A stretch of 64,000 nucleotides of DNA, taken from positions 128,001-192,000 of the forward strand of contig JBBQFN010000005.1 of the NCBI GenBank assembly GCA_038321985.1, in the 5' to 3' direction. Below the pieces are notes generated by a model. The model saw only the letters and a list, made by a program, of their open reading frames with translations. It was not told the DNA's origin and searched no databases. A program made the translations under genes and the position numbers. This stretch comes from Cyanophyceae cyanobacterium. Lineage in GTDB: Bacteria; Cyanobacteriota; Cyanobacteriia; Cyanobacteriales; Laspinemataceae. Positions 30,469 through 40,504 of the stretch are shown in pieces (the stretch's first letter is position 1; the number at the start of each line of letters is the position of its first letter).

Positions 30469-31599
30469 TTAAACACTCTTTAACCGGATCCAATACCGAG
30501 CATATTCTTTCTCCTTTTCCGTCCCGAGGGGGAGAATGCCTTCACAACGCTCCAGAACGGACTCTGATGGAAATAACGTAGGATTTTCCTGGAGTTCCTG
30601 GGACAAAAGATTATAAGCGGCTCGATTGGGAGTTGCAAAATAAAGCCGTTCAATTAAAGCCGCTGCCACTTGAGGTTGTAACATAAAATTAATCCATGCA
30701 TAGGCCGCTTGAACGTTAGGTGCACTTCTGGGAATCACCATCGTATCGGTCCATAATGAACTCCCACTGAGGGGGACAACATATTTCAAGTCGGGATTTT
30801 CATCAGAGACAGACAGCGCATCAAAGGAATAACCCATTGCCACTTCTAAATCTCCAGCCAAAATTAAATCCCGCCAGCCATCGGTCGTAAAATTTGCCAA
30901 AGCTGGCTTGAGATTGACCAAGTGATCGTAAGCTGCATGAAGTTTAGCTGAGTCCTTGGCATTGTACGAGTAACCGAGCGATCGCAGCCCTGCACCGATG
31001 ACTTCTCGGACATCGTTCATCAACGTTACCCGTCGAGAGAGGTCGTTTTGATGAGTCCACAAATAGTCCCAATCCTCCGGAGGAGTCGAGAGTTTAGCGC
31101 TATTATAAATCAGTCCAGTTGTTCCCCAGGTAAACGGGACACTGTAGCGATTTTCACGATCATATTCAGGGTCTTGAAACTTATCAAACAGATTCCCCAA
31201 ACCTTCAATCCGCGATCGCTCCAAAGGTTTGAGTAATTGCAGTTGTACCATCCGTCCCACCATATAATCGGAGGGATAGATGATACTGTAAGAAGTCCCA
31301 CCGCCCGCCTGCATCTTAGCCAACATCGCCTCGTTAGAGTCGTAAATATCGACTATAACTCGGATACCCGTTTGCTCCGTAAAACTTCTGAGCAAATCTG
31401 CATCGGTATAGTCAGCCCAGGTGTAGACAAAAAGTTCGTTAGGGGCAGTTGAGCCAACCGCTAAATTCGGAGAATCCTCCTCTATTTCTTCACTTGTTTT
31501 GCCGCCCAGAGTCCAGCCGCAACTAGAAAGCGCCAGACCAGAAAGCGCCGCCGCAGACGCCTGTAAAAACTGACGTCGGGTCGGTGTAATGCTGCTCAT
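30469..31599 (-). CDS. potD: Polyamine ABC transporter substrate-binding lipoprotein (Tat signal)
   Basis: TRRQFL Tat motif, lipobox LSSC, YTWADY, YDSNEAM, PSDYMV, WGTTG. Confidence 0.9.
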   Translation of the reverse strand: MSSITPTRRQFLQASAAALSGLALSSCGWTLGGKTSEEIEEDSPNLAVGSTAPNELFVYTWADYTDADLLRSFTEQTGIRVIVDIYDSNEAMLAKMQAGGGTSYSIIYPSDYMVGRMVQLQLLKPLERSRIEGLGNLFDKFQDPEYDRENRYSVPFTWGTTGLIYNSAKLSTPPEDWDYLWTHQNDLSRRVTLMNDVREVIGAGLRSLGYSYNAKDSAKLHAAYDHLVNLKPALANFTTDGWRDLILAGDLEVAMGYSFDALSVSDENPDLKYVVPLSGSSLWTDTMVIPRSAPNVQAAYAWINFMLQPQVAAALIERLYFATPNRAAYNLLSQELQENPTLFPSESVLERCEGILPLGTEKEKEYARYWIRLKSV

Positions 31600-31678
31600 T
31601 CTATATGTTGGAGGTTTCGGGATCCGCACTATTTGTAACAAGGTGGTGTGAGGACTAATATCAGATGAATCAGATAAA

Positions 31679-32086
31679 TCAACAATACCTGACTGAGGTT
31701 TCTAAAGGGAGAGGGTTCCCCGTTTCAGCATCGGTATTTTGGCAGGCGAACATTAATTCAGGGGAGAGCTTTTCATATTCCAGTTCAGAACCGTGACGTT
31801 TGAGCACGTAGCCTCGGAGTTCTTTAATGGGAAGTTGAGTAAGTTCGTCAATTTCGGGCAGAAACGACCGCAGAATTAGGGAAGCAACTGGCTCAGTTTT
31901 GGAGAGCAGCTTGCTAACTAGCAATTCCTTGATTCCCCATTGATAGCCATAGTTGACGCGATCGCCTTGGCGTTTGAGGTCAACCACAAAGGATTCTCCA
32001 TCACTTCCGAGAAAGGTCACGATGGCATTACTGGGACAGTGCGATTCTATCTCCTCTAAAAATTGGTTAACACTGCGTAGATTCAT
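31679..32086 (-). CDS. Hypothetical protein inside the pot operon
   Basis: 135-aa ORF, co-oriented, between potA and potD. Confidence 0.7.
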   Translation of the reverse strand: MNLRSVNQFLEEIESHCPSNAIVTFLGSDGESFVVDLKRQGDRVNYGYQWGIKELLVSKLLSKTEPVASLILRSFLPEIDELTQLPIKELRGYVLKRHGSELEYEKLSPELMFACQNTDAETGNPLPLETSVRYC

Positions 32087-32160
32087 ATAGATCTTTGGGA
32101 ATGATAACGATAAGCGATCGCATCCGCTTTGGGTGGGTAGAGCACTCCTTCAGTTTCAGC

Positions 32161-33294
32161 CTAAGCAGCAGCTAAGGCAATACAGTCCGTCGGCAGCCAG
32201 TAGGTATAGATCGGTGTCTTGGGATCCGGTAAGCTGCTTCCCGTATTGGGTTGCAACACGGCCATTTCATCCCCCGAGAGCAGTTCGACTACATACTGAA
32301 CGTGGGTTCCCAAATACATCACCGTTTTGAGCCGTCCTTCAAAGCAGTTTATCTCCACCTCGGGCGGATACAGACTCAAATTAATTTTTTCAGGGCGGAT
32401 GCTGACGATCACCCCCGAGGCGTTGCCATTCCAGGGTTCCGCCTGTTCCACCACAATTTTTAATCCCGTTCCCGTGCGAATCTCCAGGGACGTGCGATCG
32501 CTCCCTTCAATCCGTCCCGGCAACAAATTCGTTTCCCCAATAAAATCCGCCACAAACGGCGATCGCGGACGCTCATAGATAGCACTCGGGGTCCCAATTT
32601 GCTCGATCTTGCCCTCGTGCATGACCGCAATCCGGTCCGACAAAGAAAGGGCCTCCTCCTGGTCATGAGTCACCATCACAAAAGTCAAACCCAAATCTCG
32701 ATGCAACGTTGATAATTCAACCTGCATCTGCTTCCTGAGCTTAAGGTCCAAGGCCCCTAACGGTTCATCCAACAACACAACCGCTGGACGATTCACCAGT
32801 GCTCGTGCCAAAGCCACCCGCTGCTGTTGACCTCCCGAAAGCTGAGAGGGATAACGACTGGCGTAAGACTCCATTTTGACCAATTTGAGCGCTTCTTTGA
32901 CCCGTTCCTCAATTTCACTTTTTCCACAGCGTTTGATTCGCAACCCAAACGCAATATTTTCAGCGATAGATTGATGATTGAACAGCGCATAACTCTGAAA
33001 CACCGTATTTACCGGGCGTTGGTAGGCTGGAACCTGATTCATGGACTTACCCCGAATCAGCACCTCTCCCGCAGAAGGCGTTTCAAAGCCTCCGATCAAT
33101 CTTAGGGTCGTCGTTTTACCACAGCCAGAAGGGCCAAGGATACTAAAAAATTCTCCTCGATTAATGTCGAGATCGACACCCCGGACCGCTGTTTCCCCCT
33201 CAAACACCTTAAAAACTTTGCGAAGTTCAACGTCGAGGAAAGGATCATAACCCGTTGCAGGGCTTTGGTGGGTAGTAGCAGATTGAAACATCAT
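32161..33294 (-). CDS. potA: Polyamine ABC transporter ATP-binding protein
   Basis: GPSGCGKT, VNTVFQSYALF, LSGGQQQR, LLDEP, C-terminal TOBE-like region. Confidence 0.93.
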   Translation of the reverse strand: MMFQSATTHQSPATGYDPFLDVELRKVFKVFEGETAVRGVDLDINRGEFFSILGPSGCGKTTTLRLIGGFETPSAGEVLIRGKSMNQVPAYQRPVNTVFQSYALFNHQSIAENIAFGLRIKRCGKSEIEERVKEALKLVKMESYASRYPSQLSGGQQQRVALARALVNRPAVVLLDEPLGALDLKLRKQMQVELSTLHRDLGLTFVMVTHDQEEALSLSDRIAVMHEGKIEQIGTPSAIYERPRSPFVADFIGETNLLPGRIEGSDRTSLEIRTGTGLKIVVEQAEPWNGNASGVIVSIRPEKINLSLYPPEVEINCFEGRLKTVMYLGTHVQYVVELLSGDEMAVLQPNTGSSLPDPKTPIYTYWLPTDCIALAAA

Positions 33295-33606
33295 GACGAT
33301 TCTCGGCGGTGATGCCCCTCAGTAGATTGAACCAGTCCCTCCGCGTAGCCTCTCCCTTGGCAAAGCCTCCCATCTGGGAACAGGAGAATCCCTCGCAGAA
33401 ATCTGGCTTTGGTTTATTCTATCTACATTCCGCATTTAGGTTAATATTTATCGTCTTCATCTCATCCCAACTCCCCCCCTGCCCCATCCCCCCTTGGCCC
33501 TAGGCATAGCGCAAATATTAAAAATTAACAACCTTTGACCACTAAATCTAAGATGGCGTATAGTCTTGATCTACAGCTATACGCGGATACGAGAAGAGAT
33601 TGAATT

Positions 33607-36600
33607 ATGGTTCGAGAATTGGAACGCACGCGCCACCACAGCGATTTTCCCGAAACCGCACCGGCAGCGAATCCGGTGTTTTTTAGGACTTACAGCCGCC
33701 GCCAGGATGACGGGCGGGAAACTTGGGATCAAGTCTGCGATCGCACCATTGCTGGATTAGAGAAACTCGGCAATCTCAATTCCGACGAGGTGGCCCTCCT
33801 CACCCAGATGCAAAAACAACTCAAAACCCTCTCCTCGGGCCGCTGGTTGTGGGTTGGTGGGACCGACTGGATCGAACGCCCGGAAAACTTTTCGGGGGCC
33901 TATAACTGTTCCTCGACAAATATCCACGATTGGCGAGCCTTTGGATTGTTAATGGGCCTTGCCATGATGGGCTGTGGCACCGGCGCAGTCCTCGAACCTC
34001 AATATATCAATCAGTTGCCGAAGATTCGCAACCCACTCCAGATCACCCTCCAAGGTGAAATTGGCTTAACCCCCAGCGATCGCCGTCGTCAAGAAACTGA
34101 AGTAACTTACGATGGCAACCGGGTGATCATGACTGTCGGAGACTCCCGGATGGGTTGGGTACAATCCTATCAAACTCTCCTAGAACTCTCCACAGATCAG
34201 CGGTTTGATTCAACGGTTGAAGTCATCGTGGACCTGTGCGATATTCGTCCGGCGGGAGAAGCTCTAAAAGGCTTTGGAGGCGTAGCCAATCCAGTTAAAT
34301 TAGCCGACCTTTATAAGCGAGTTGCTTTAATTTTAAATAAAGCGATTGGACGAAGATTAAATTCAGTGGAATGCTGCTTGCTCATTGATGAAGCAGCTTC
34401 TACGATCGTGGCAGGCAACATCCGCCGCTGTTTGCCAGAAGATGCTTTAGTACATACAGAATCGGGCTTAGTTCCGATTGCTAAAGTCCGGATTGGCGAT
34501 CGCGTTTTAACCAGTAAAGGGTTTTACCCAGTCACCAACTTTTTTGTTCAAGGAGAGCAATCCCTCTGCCGCATTCGTACCCAGGATGGCATCTTAGACT
34601 GTACCCCTGACCATAAAGTAGCCGTACTGACTGATATCTATGGCAATTACAAGATGGTCAAGGCTAAGGAACTTAAAGAAGGCGATCGCCTCATATTTGT
34701 ACCTCAATCTATCCCCGGTACTGCAACAGAACTCCCTGAGTTTCGAGGGCAAATTCACAAAGCGGCAAAACCCATCCAAGTCCCAGCTTTGACTACTGAT
34801 GTAGCCTACTTTTTAGGATATTTACAGGGGGATGGTTCGGTTGCTTCGGATGGTTCACGAGTTCGGTTCCGAGTTCACGAAGATAGTCCTGCTATCTTAG
34901 ACCGATTAACTGCCGTTGGTCGGGAGTTTGGTCTGGATACCTACACCCTCCGAACCCCTGAGCAATGCCAGACCAAGGCGTATGAACTGCAATTTAACTC
35001 CTCTGCCTTAAACCTGTATCTCAAGCAGTTTAAGCAACCTTTTCAACCCTTAGTTATTCCGGACTGCATTCTCTTAGGAACCATTGATATTCGCGCCTCC
35101 TTTTTAGCAGGACTCGCCGATGCCGATGGTTGTCATAGCCAAGGGGTGCTCGTCACTTCCTCCCAGCAGAAATTTCTACAGCAGGTCCAGGCCCTTTATG
35201 CCTCTCTAGGTATTACTGTTCGGATGTGTAGTGCCATTCGCAAACGAACAGGAAAATGGGAAGGTGAATTAGTCACGGTAGGCGAAAAAGCGTTTAGCGC
35301 TGTTGAATCTACCTTTTCTAATTATTCAATCCAATTTGCGACCCAGAAAAAAAACCGCCCGAAGTCATTTAAGGAACATGGCTTTCCGGTCAACATGGTT
35401 CGTCCCTTGGTCAATACTTACCAGTATCATTGGGGCGGGAATCAAAAACAAATGATTCCGCTAACCTTAAAACGTTACATTCCAGAAGCAACCGACCTCG
35501 TTCCTATCAAAGTTGAGCAGGTTGACTTTGATGTTCGCCGTTGTCCTACCTACGATATTGAGGTAGCGACAGTTCATGAATTTGTCTGCGAGGGCATTCT
35601 GGTTTCTAACAGTGCCGGAATGCGCCAAAGCGCAAGTGATGATGAATTATTTGCCAATGCCAAAATGAATTTATGGCAACAAGATGAGGCAGGAAACTGG
35701 CGCATCGACCCGGAAAGAGATGCATTAAGAATGGCAAATCACACAAGGGTTTTTCACCATAAACCAACCCTTAATGAATGTATTGATGCGGTGCGTCAAC
35801 AATACTATTCTGGGGAAGGAGCTATTCAATGGGCTGGGGAAGCCGTTGCCCGGGCTAGTTGCGATTTAATGCCAACTCGCGAAACTAAACGGGATTTTCT
35901 GAAAGCCTATAATGAGGGCAAAGGGATGGAATGGATAGGCGATCGCTATCCAAAAATCTCTCAAACAGAGTTAGAACATAGGTTATCCCGCGTGGGATTA
36001 AATCCATGTGGTGAAATTATTGGTGCCGATTTTCATTGCGTTTCTGGCGATACGATGCTGGTGACGCGAGATGGAATGCACCCGATTCGATCGCTCGTCG
36101 GTCAATCGGTGGAAATTTGGAATGGTCAGCGGTGGAGTCGCGTGACTCCGATGTTGACAGGACGCGATCGCCAACTTTATCGCGTCTCTTTTGCCGACGG
36201 GACCTGGTTAGATGTCACCGAAAAACATCGTTTCTTCGTGAGCGATCGCTTTGGTAAAACCTATCTGGAAATGACCACCGCTCAACTGCAAGAGCGTCTT
36301 TCCACCCACAAATATGCCCTGCACACTGAACCATTCCAGATTGACTATCAAGATGGTAAATTTGTAGATCCCTTGTGGGCTTATACCCTCGGACAATTGG
36401 TGGGGGATGGCTCCCTATGCCAATCCAATGGCAAGCCTCAACTCCAACTGCGCTTATATGGAGCCAAAAGCTATCCGGAATTGGCCCTTGCCGGTCAGAC
36501 TTCAGGAAAATTGCGTTACTACGCAGAAAATCCCGAAACCCCTTGCTTGCTTTATACGGGTTTCCAAGATAAATTCGACCCAGAACAAGTCCGCGATTTA

Positions 36601-38091
36601 AAAGCCAATGCCAAACCCTTGGAAGCCTTGGCAAGTTGGAACCGGGAAGGGATTTTAAACTTCATTGCGGGCTTAATTGATGCCGATGGTTCCGCCACGT
36701 CAAGCAGTGGCGTTCGGTTGTATTTGTCTGATTATGACCGGGCTTATCGCGTCTATCTGTTATTGCTCAAATGCGGGATTCGCTCCTCGGTTAATTTGCA
36801 ATCCCGAGCCGGTGAAAGCACAAATCTCGGCATTCGCAACAAGGATTTGTGGTATCTGCAAATTACCGATTGTGCCGCGATTCCTTGTCAGCGCGTCAAT
36901 ACCTCTAACGGTCATCACCCCAAAAATAAAGGTAAATGCCAAGTAATTCGGGCCATTGTCCCCATTCAGGGTGAGCATGATACCTTCTGCTTTAACGAGC
37001 CCGAATTCCATAAGGGCGTTTTCGGCGGAACCCTCACCGGGCAGTGCAATTTATCTGAGATTCATCTCAATTTAATTGACCCCCAAAACGATCGCGAACA
37101 AGAAGATGCTTTTGCTGCCGGGGCTTTATCTGTGGCAACCTTGCTGAATCATAAATTCATTGAACCCCGCTATCAATACAGCCGGGAAATTGACCCGATT
37201 GTTGGGGTTTCCTTTACCGGATTATTTGATTTCTTTGTTCATGCCTTTGGTGTGGATTGGTTGCGGTGGTGGGTTGAAGGTCGTCCGGCAACCCCGGAAG
37301 GCATCGAATTTAAGCGTCAAGAAGAAGCCTATTTGACGCGCTGGCGTGACATTGTTCATGCTCAGGTGTGGGATTATTGCGATCGCCACGGATTGCGCCG
37401 TCCTAATCGTTGCACCACGGTTCAACCCTCCGGGACCAAATCTTTACTAACCGGCGCATCTCCCGGTTGGCATCCGCCAAAAGCCCAGCGTTTTATTCGT
37501 CGAATTACCTTCGGTAAAAATGACCCCGTTGCCTTGGCTTGTATCGACTATGGTTATAACGTGATTCCCTCCCAATCGGATAAGGATGAAAACGGAAATC
37601 TACTCAATGATCCGTTTGATCCGCGTTGTTCCGAATGGTTAGTAGAAATCCCCATCGCCGTCAGTTGGGCTGATTTACCCGGTGCCGATGAAATTGATAT
37701 CAGTCAATTTAGTGCCTTGGCTCAAATGGACTTTTACATGAACGTTCAAACCCACTATGTCACTCATAACACCTCGGCGACAGTTGAAGTTCGAGAGTCA
37801 GAAATTGAACTCTTGGGTAACCGGATTTATGAGGCAATCCAAAATGATGAAGGCTATATTTCCGCTGCCCTTCTCGCTCGATTTGACGATCGCCAATCGT
37901 TCCCCCGTCTCCCCTTTGAACCGATTGATAAAGCTGAATACGAGCGCCTCAGTGCCCAGGTGCTAGTTCGTCGCAAAACCGATGATTTTAAAAATGCACT
38001 CCAGCGTTATGATCTCGGCGAATTAGCTGAAGCGGGACCCGCCGGTTGCGATTCCGATAAGTGCCTGTTACCGGAAAAGAATCCCTCCTAG
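33607..38091 (+). CDS. nrdJ: Adenosylcobalamin-dependent (class II) ribonucleoside-triphosphate reductase precursor with two inteins (~764 aa after splicing)
   Basis: FFRTYSR, GAYNC, GNIRR/SAG, NPCGE, CNLSE, TTVQPSGTKSLL, C-terminal GCDSDKC redox pair. Confidence 0.96.
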   Translation: MVRELERTRHHSDFPETAPAANPVFFRTYSRRQDDGRETWDQVCDRTIAGLEKLGNLNSDEVALLTQMQKQLKTLSSGRWLWVGGTDWIERPENFSGAYNCSSTNIHDWRAFGLLMGLAMMGCGTGAVLEPQYINQLPKIRNPLQITLQGEIGLTPSDRRRQETEVTYDGNRVIMTVGDSRMGWVQSYQTLLELSTDQRFDSTVEVIVDLCDIRPAGEALKGFGGVANPVKLADLYKRVALILNKAIGRRLNSVECCLLIDEAASTIVAGNIRRCLPEDALVHTESGLVPIAKVRIGDRVLTSKGFYPVTNFFVQGEQSLCRIRTQDGILDCTPDHKVAVLTDIYGNYKMVKAKELKEGDRLIFVPQSIPGTATELPEFRGQIHKAAKPIQVPALTTDVAYFLGYLQGDGSVASDGSRVRFRVHEDSPAILDRLTAVGREFGLDTYTLRTPEQCQTKAYELQFNSSALNLYLKQFKQPFQPLVIPDCILLGTIDIRASFLAGLADADGCHSQGVLVTSSQQKFLQQVQALYASLGITVRMCSAIRKRTGKWEGELVTVGEKAFSAVESTFSNYSIQFATQKKNRPKSFKEHGFPVNMVRPLVNTYQYHWGGNQKQMIPLTLKRYIPEATDLVPIKVEQVDFDVRRCPTYDIEVATVHEFVCEGILVSNSAGMRQSASDDELFANAKMNLWQQDEAGNWRIDPERDALRMANHTRVFHHKPTLNECIDAVRQQYYSGEGAIQWAGEAVARASCDLMPTRETKRDFLKAYNEGKGMEWIGDRYPKISQTELEHRLSRVGLNPCGEIIGADFHCVSGDTMLVTRDGMHPIRSLVGQSVEIWNGQRWSRVTPMLTGRDRQLYRVSFADGTWLDVTEKHRFFVSDRFGKTYLEMTTAQLQERLSTHKYALHTEPFQIDYQDGKFVDPLWAYTLGQLVGDGSLCQSNGKPQLQLRLYGAKSYPELALAGQTSGKLRYYAENPETPCLLYTGFQDKFDPEQVRDLKANAKPLEALASWNREGILNFIAGLIDADGSATSSSGVRLYLSDYDRAYRVYLLLLKCGIRSSVNLQSRAGESTNLGIRNKDLWYLQITDCAAIPCQRVNTSNGHHPKNKGKCQVIRAIVPIQGEHDTFCFNEPEFHKGVFGGTLTGQCNLSEIHLNLIDPQNDREQEDAFAAGALSVATLLNHKFIEPRYQYSREIDPIVGVSFTGLFDFFVHAFGVDWLRWWVEGRPATPEGIEFKRQEEAYLTRWRDIVHAQVWDYCDRHGLRRPNRCTTVQPSGTKSLLTGASPGWHPPKAQRFIRRITFGKNDPVALACIDYGYNVIPSQSDKDENGNLLNDPFDPRCSEWLVEIPIAVSWADLPGADEIDISQFSALAQMDFYMNVQTHYVTHNTSATVEVRESEIELLGNRIYEAIQNDEGYISAALLARFDDRQSFPRLPFEPIDKAEYERLSAQVLVRRKTDDFKNALQRYDLGELAEAGPAGCDSDKCLLPEKNPS
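34429..35610 (+). mobile_element. Intein 1 in NrdJ (394 aa) with LAGLIDADG homing endonuclease
   Basis: Starts CLPEDALV after GNIRR; block B CTPDHK; YFLGYLQGDG and FLAGLADADG; ends TYDIEV..HEFVCEGILVSN/S. Confidence 0.95.
36037..37044 (+). mobile_element. Intein 2 in NrdJ (336 aa) with LAGLIDADG homing endonuclease and C-terminal Gln
   Basis: Starts CVSGDTML after NPCGEIIGADFH; block B VTEKHRF; YTLGQLVGDG and FIAGLIDADG; ends HKGVFGGTLTGQ/CNLSE. Confidence 0.93.
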
Positions 38092-38272
38092 TTCATGATC
38101 GGATGGCATTTCGCCAGCCTATCAGGACCCGAGGTCCGAGAGGTGCGGGATGCCGACAGCGACTCCGGTGTTAAACGCGCTAGGATACCAGCAGTATGCA
38201 ATACCCCCAGGGTAGCTAAATCCGGGGGGTATCCTAGCACTGACTGCATTGGCCGCTATAAGGAGATATCCC

Positions 38273-38494
38273 ATGTTTTTAGATGAACTGAGTCCAATTT
38301 TTAAAGAAATGACCGAACATCCTGTTGCTTTTTTGGGCGGGTTTTTCTCCGGGGTATTCCAACTCAATCTCTCGGATGATCCAGTGAAAAGCTGGCTACA
38401 AGAACAAGGAGCCTCCCCTGTTGGTTCTTCCACCAGCAATAATAATGGCAGTGGAGGTTACAACAACCGCCCTCAATCTATTTCGATTGACTAA
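38273..38494 (+). CDS. Small conserved cyanobacterial hypothetical protein
   Basis: RBS AAGGAG then MFLDELSP...PVAFLGGFFSG..LNLSDDPVKSWL...PQSISID. Confidence 0.8.
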   Translation: MFLDELSPIFKEMTEHPVAFLGGFFSGVFQLNLSDDPVKSWLQEQGASPVGSSTSNNNGSGGYNNRPQSISID

Positions 38495-38511
38495 TCGGTT
38501 TGGCCTATCTG

Positions 38512-38543
38512 GGACTGCCCCAATCTGAGGCAGTCCATTTTTT
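38512..38543 (+). terminator. Rho-independent terminator
   Basis: GGACTGCC-loop-GGCAGTCC followed by ATTTTTT. Confidence 0.75.
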
Positions 38544-39260
38544 AAAATTAAAAATGTTTAAAGCGAGTCTAATTGAGTTGAATCACTAGGATGCAGGAAG
38601 TGGGAGCGTCTGGCTCCCTAGCCGGCGCAGCTCTTACCCTCCTATTAATAATTGGACGAATTATTTAGATTAATTGTTATCTGTTATTGTGGGGTATAAT
38701 TTTCCGGAAATAATTATCTCAATTGCTTGTAAAATTACGCTTTATAATATATAATCTCATCAATTTTATTAAATAAATTATGGTTATTTAAGCTGATTTT
38801 TAATGCTTTTAAGGGGTAAAAGTTATTGATAAAAAAACTAATTTATTCCCCATTATTAGGAAATTACCCTCATTCTTTTACAGAAACTTGGTTTCTGGAC
38901 CCTGTACCACTTATCTATCTTTTTGTCCCAGGTTTTCGGTAAATGTAGCCATAAAATCAAGGGGGTACAAAGGTAAGGACCCCGAAATAAGGGCGATCGC
39001 ATTTTCCAATATTGGATTTTTAGGGGAGTTTGTATCCGGGTTAACTGATTTTTAGTCAATTTTATGATTTAGGGGGACCAGCGGGAGGTAAAACAGTATA
39101 AATACTTAAAAAAATGTTGCGTTTTCTATAGTTCCCCTAAAGTAAACCAGCCTTATCAAAATGCTTCTTTAAGATAGTAAGGAAAGACGACGGGGCATCA
39201 ATCCACCCGCTCAGATCCCCCGTCGTCCCAGTAAAACCACTCCAAAGGGAGACAACAACG

Positions 39261-40331
39261 ATGGCAGACGAAACAACAAAAAATCCCATTGAGCATACTC
39301 AGTCACTCGATCGCGATTGTACGACCCTATCCCGGCACGTTTTGCAGCAACTTCATAGCTTTTCTGCGGACGCCCAGGACCTCAGCGCTTTAATGAGCCG
39401 AATTGCTTTAGCCGCGAAACTGATTTCGCGCCGGTTAAGTCGCGCTGGTTTAGTGGAAGGCGTGCTCGGCTTTAGTGGCGACATTAATGTTCAAGGAGAA
39501 AGCGTCAAGCGGATGGATGTGTATGCCAATGAGGTCTTTATCTCCGTTTTCAAGCAAAGCGGCCTAGTTTGTCGCTTGGCATCGGAGGAAATGGAGAAAC
39601 CCTACTACATCCCAGAAAACTGCCCTATTGGTCGTTATACCCTGCTTTATGACCCGATTGATGGCTCCTCGAATATTGATAGCAACCTGAATGTTGGGTC
39701 TATCTTCTCCATTCGCCAACAAGAAGGAAACGATGAAAATGGGGAAGCCTTAGATTTGCTGCAAAGTGGACGCAAGCAACTCGCCGCCGGCTATATCCTC
39801 TATGGACCCAGTACCATGCTGGTGTATTCCATTGGGACAGGGGTTCATTCCTTCACTCTGGATCCCAGTTTAGGAGAGTTTATCCTCTCCAATCAAAATA
39901 TCAACGTCCCGGAGCATGGTGCAGTCTATAGCGTGAACGAAGGGAACTTCTGGCAGTGGGAGGAACCTATCCGAGACTACATCCGCTACGTGCACCGGCA
40001 CGAAGGCTATACGGCTCGTTATAGTGGTGCTTTAGTCGGTGACTTTCACCGCATTCTCCATGAAGGGGGCGTGTTCATGTATCCTGGAACCATCAAAAAA
40101 CCCGAAGGAAAATTACGCCTGCTGTACGAAACAGCACCCTTGGCCTTTTTAATTGAGCAAGCTGGGGGACAAGCGAGTACCGGAACTCAAGATATCTTAG
40201 ATGTCGTTCCGGATCAACTTCATACCCGTACCCCGGTGATTATTGGCAGTAAAGACGATGTGGCACTGGTAAAATCCTTTATTAGCGATCACAAACAGGA
40301 GAACAAACCCGCGATCGCCACTCATTCATGA
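39261..40331 (+). CDS. fbp: Class 1 fructose-1,6-bisphosphatase
   Basis: [35 protein letters not shown]. Confidence 0.96.
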   Translation: MADETTKNPIEHTQSLDRDCTTLSRHVLQQLHSFSADAQDLSALMSRIALAAKLISRRLSRAGLVEGVLGFSGDINVQGESVKRMDVYANEVFISVFKQSGLVCRLASEEMEKPYYIPENCPIGRYTLLYDPIDGSSNIDSNLNVGSIFSIRQQEGNDENGEALDLLQSGRKQLAAGYILYGPSTMLVYSIGTGVHSFTLDPSLGEFILSNQNINVPEHGAVYSVNEGNFWQWEEPIRDYIRYVHRHEGYTARYSGALVGDFHRILHEGGVFMYPGTIKKPEGKLRLLYETAPLAFLIEQAGGQASTGTQDILDVVPDQLHTRTPVIIGSKDDVALVKSFISDHKQENKPAIATHS

Positions 40332-40504
40332 TGATTTGATGACACAGTACGGCGATCAACCCTTACCTTTTAGGCCAATTCAAAGATAAGCTAAAACCTA
40401 AGAGCCAAATGAGAGAGTCTCATCCCATAGACACTCATCATCCTCTTTGAAAACATCCACAATGATAACCTGTAGTCACCTAGGAATACAACGAGATAAA
40501 ACTT

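Noticed and set aside
31642..31656. Yfr1-like motif (minus strand AGTCCTCACACCAC)
   Set aside because: One mismatch to ACTCCTCACAC, no flanking hairpins or terminator, and it lies in a short intra-operon spacer
33539..33553. Possible NrdR box CCACTAAATCTAAGA upstream of nrdJ
   Set aside because: Misses the conserved G and I found no convincing second box at the usual spacing; needs a PWM scan
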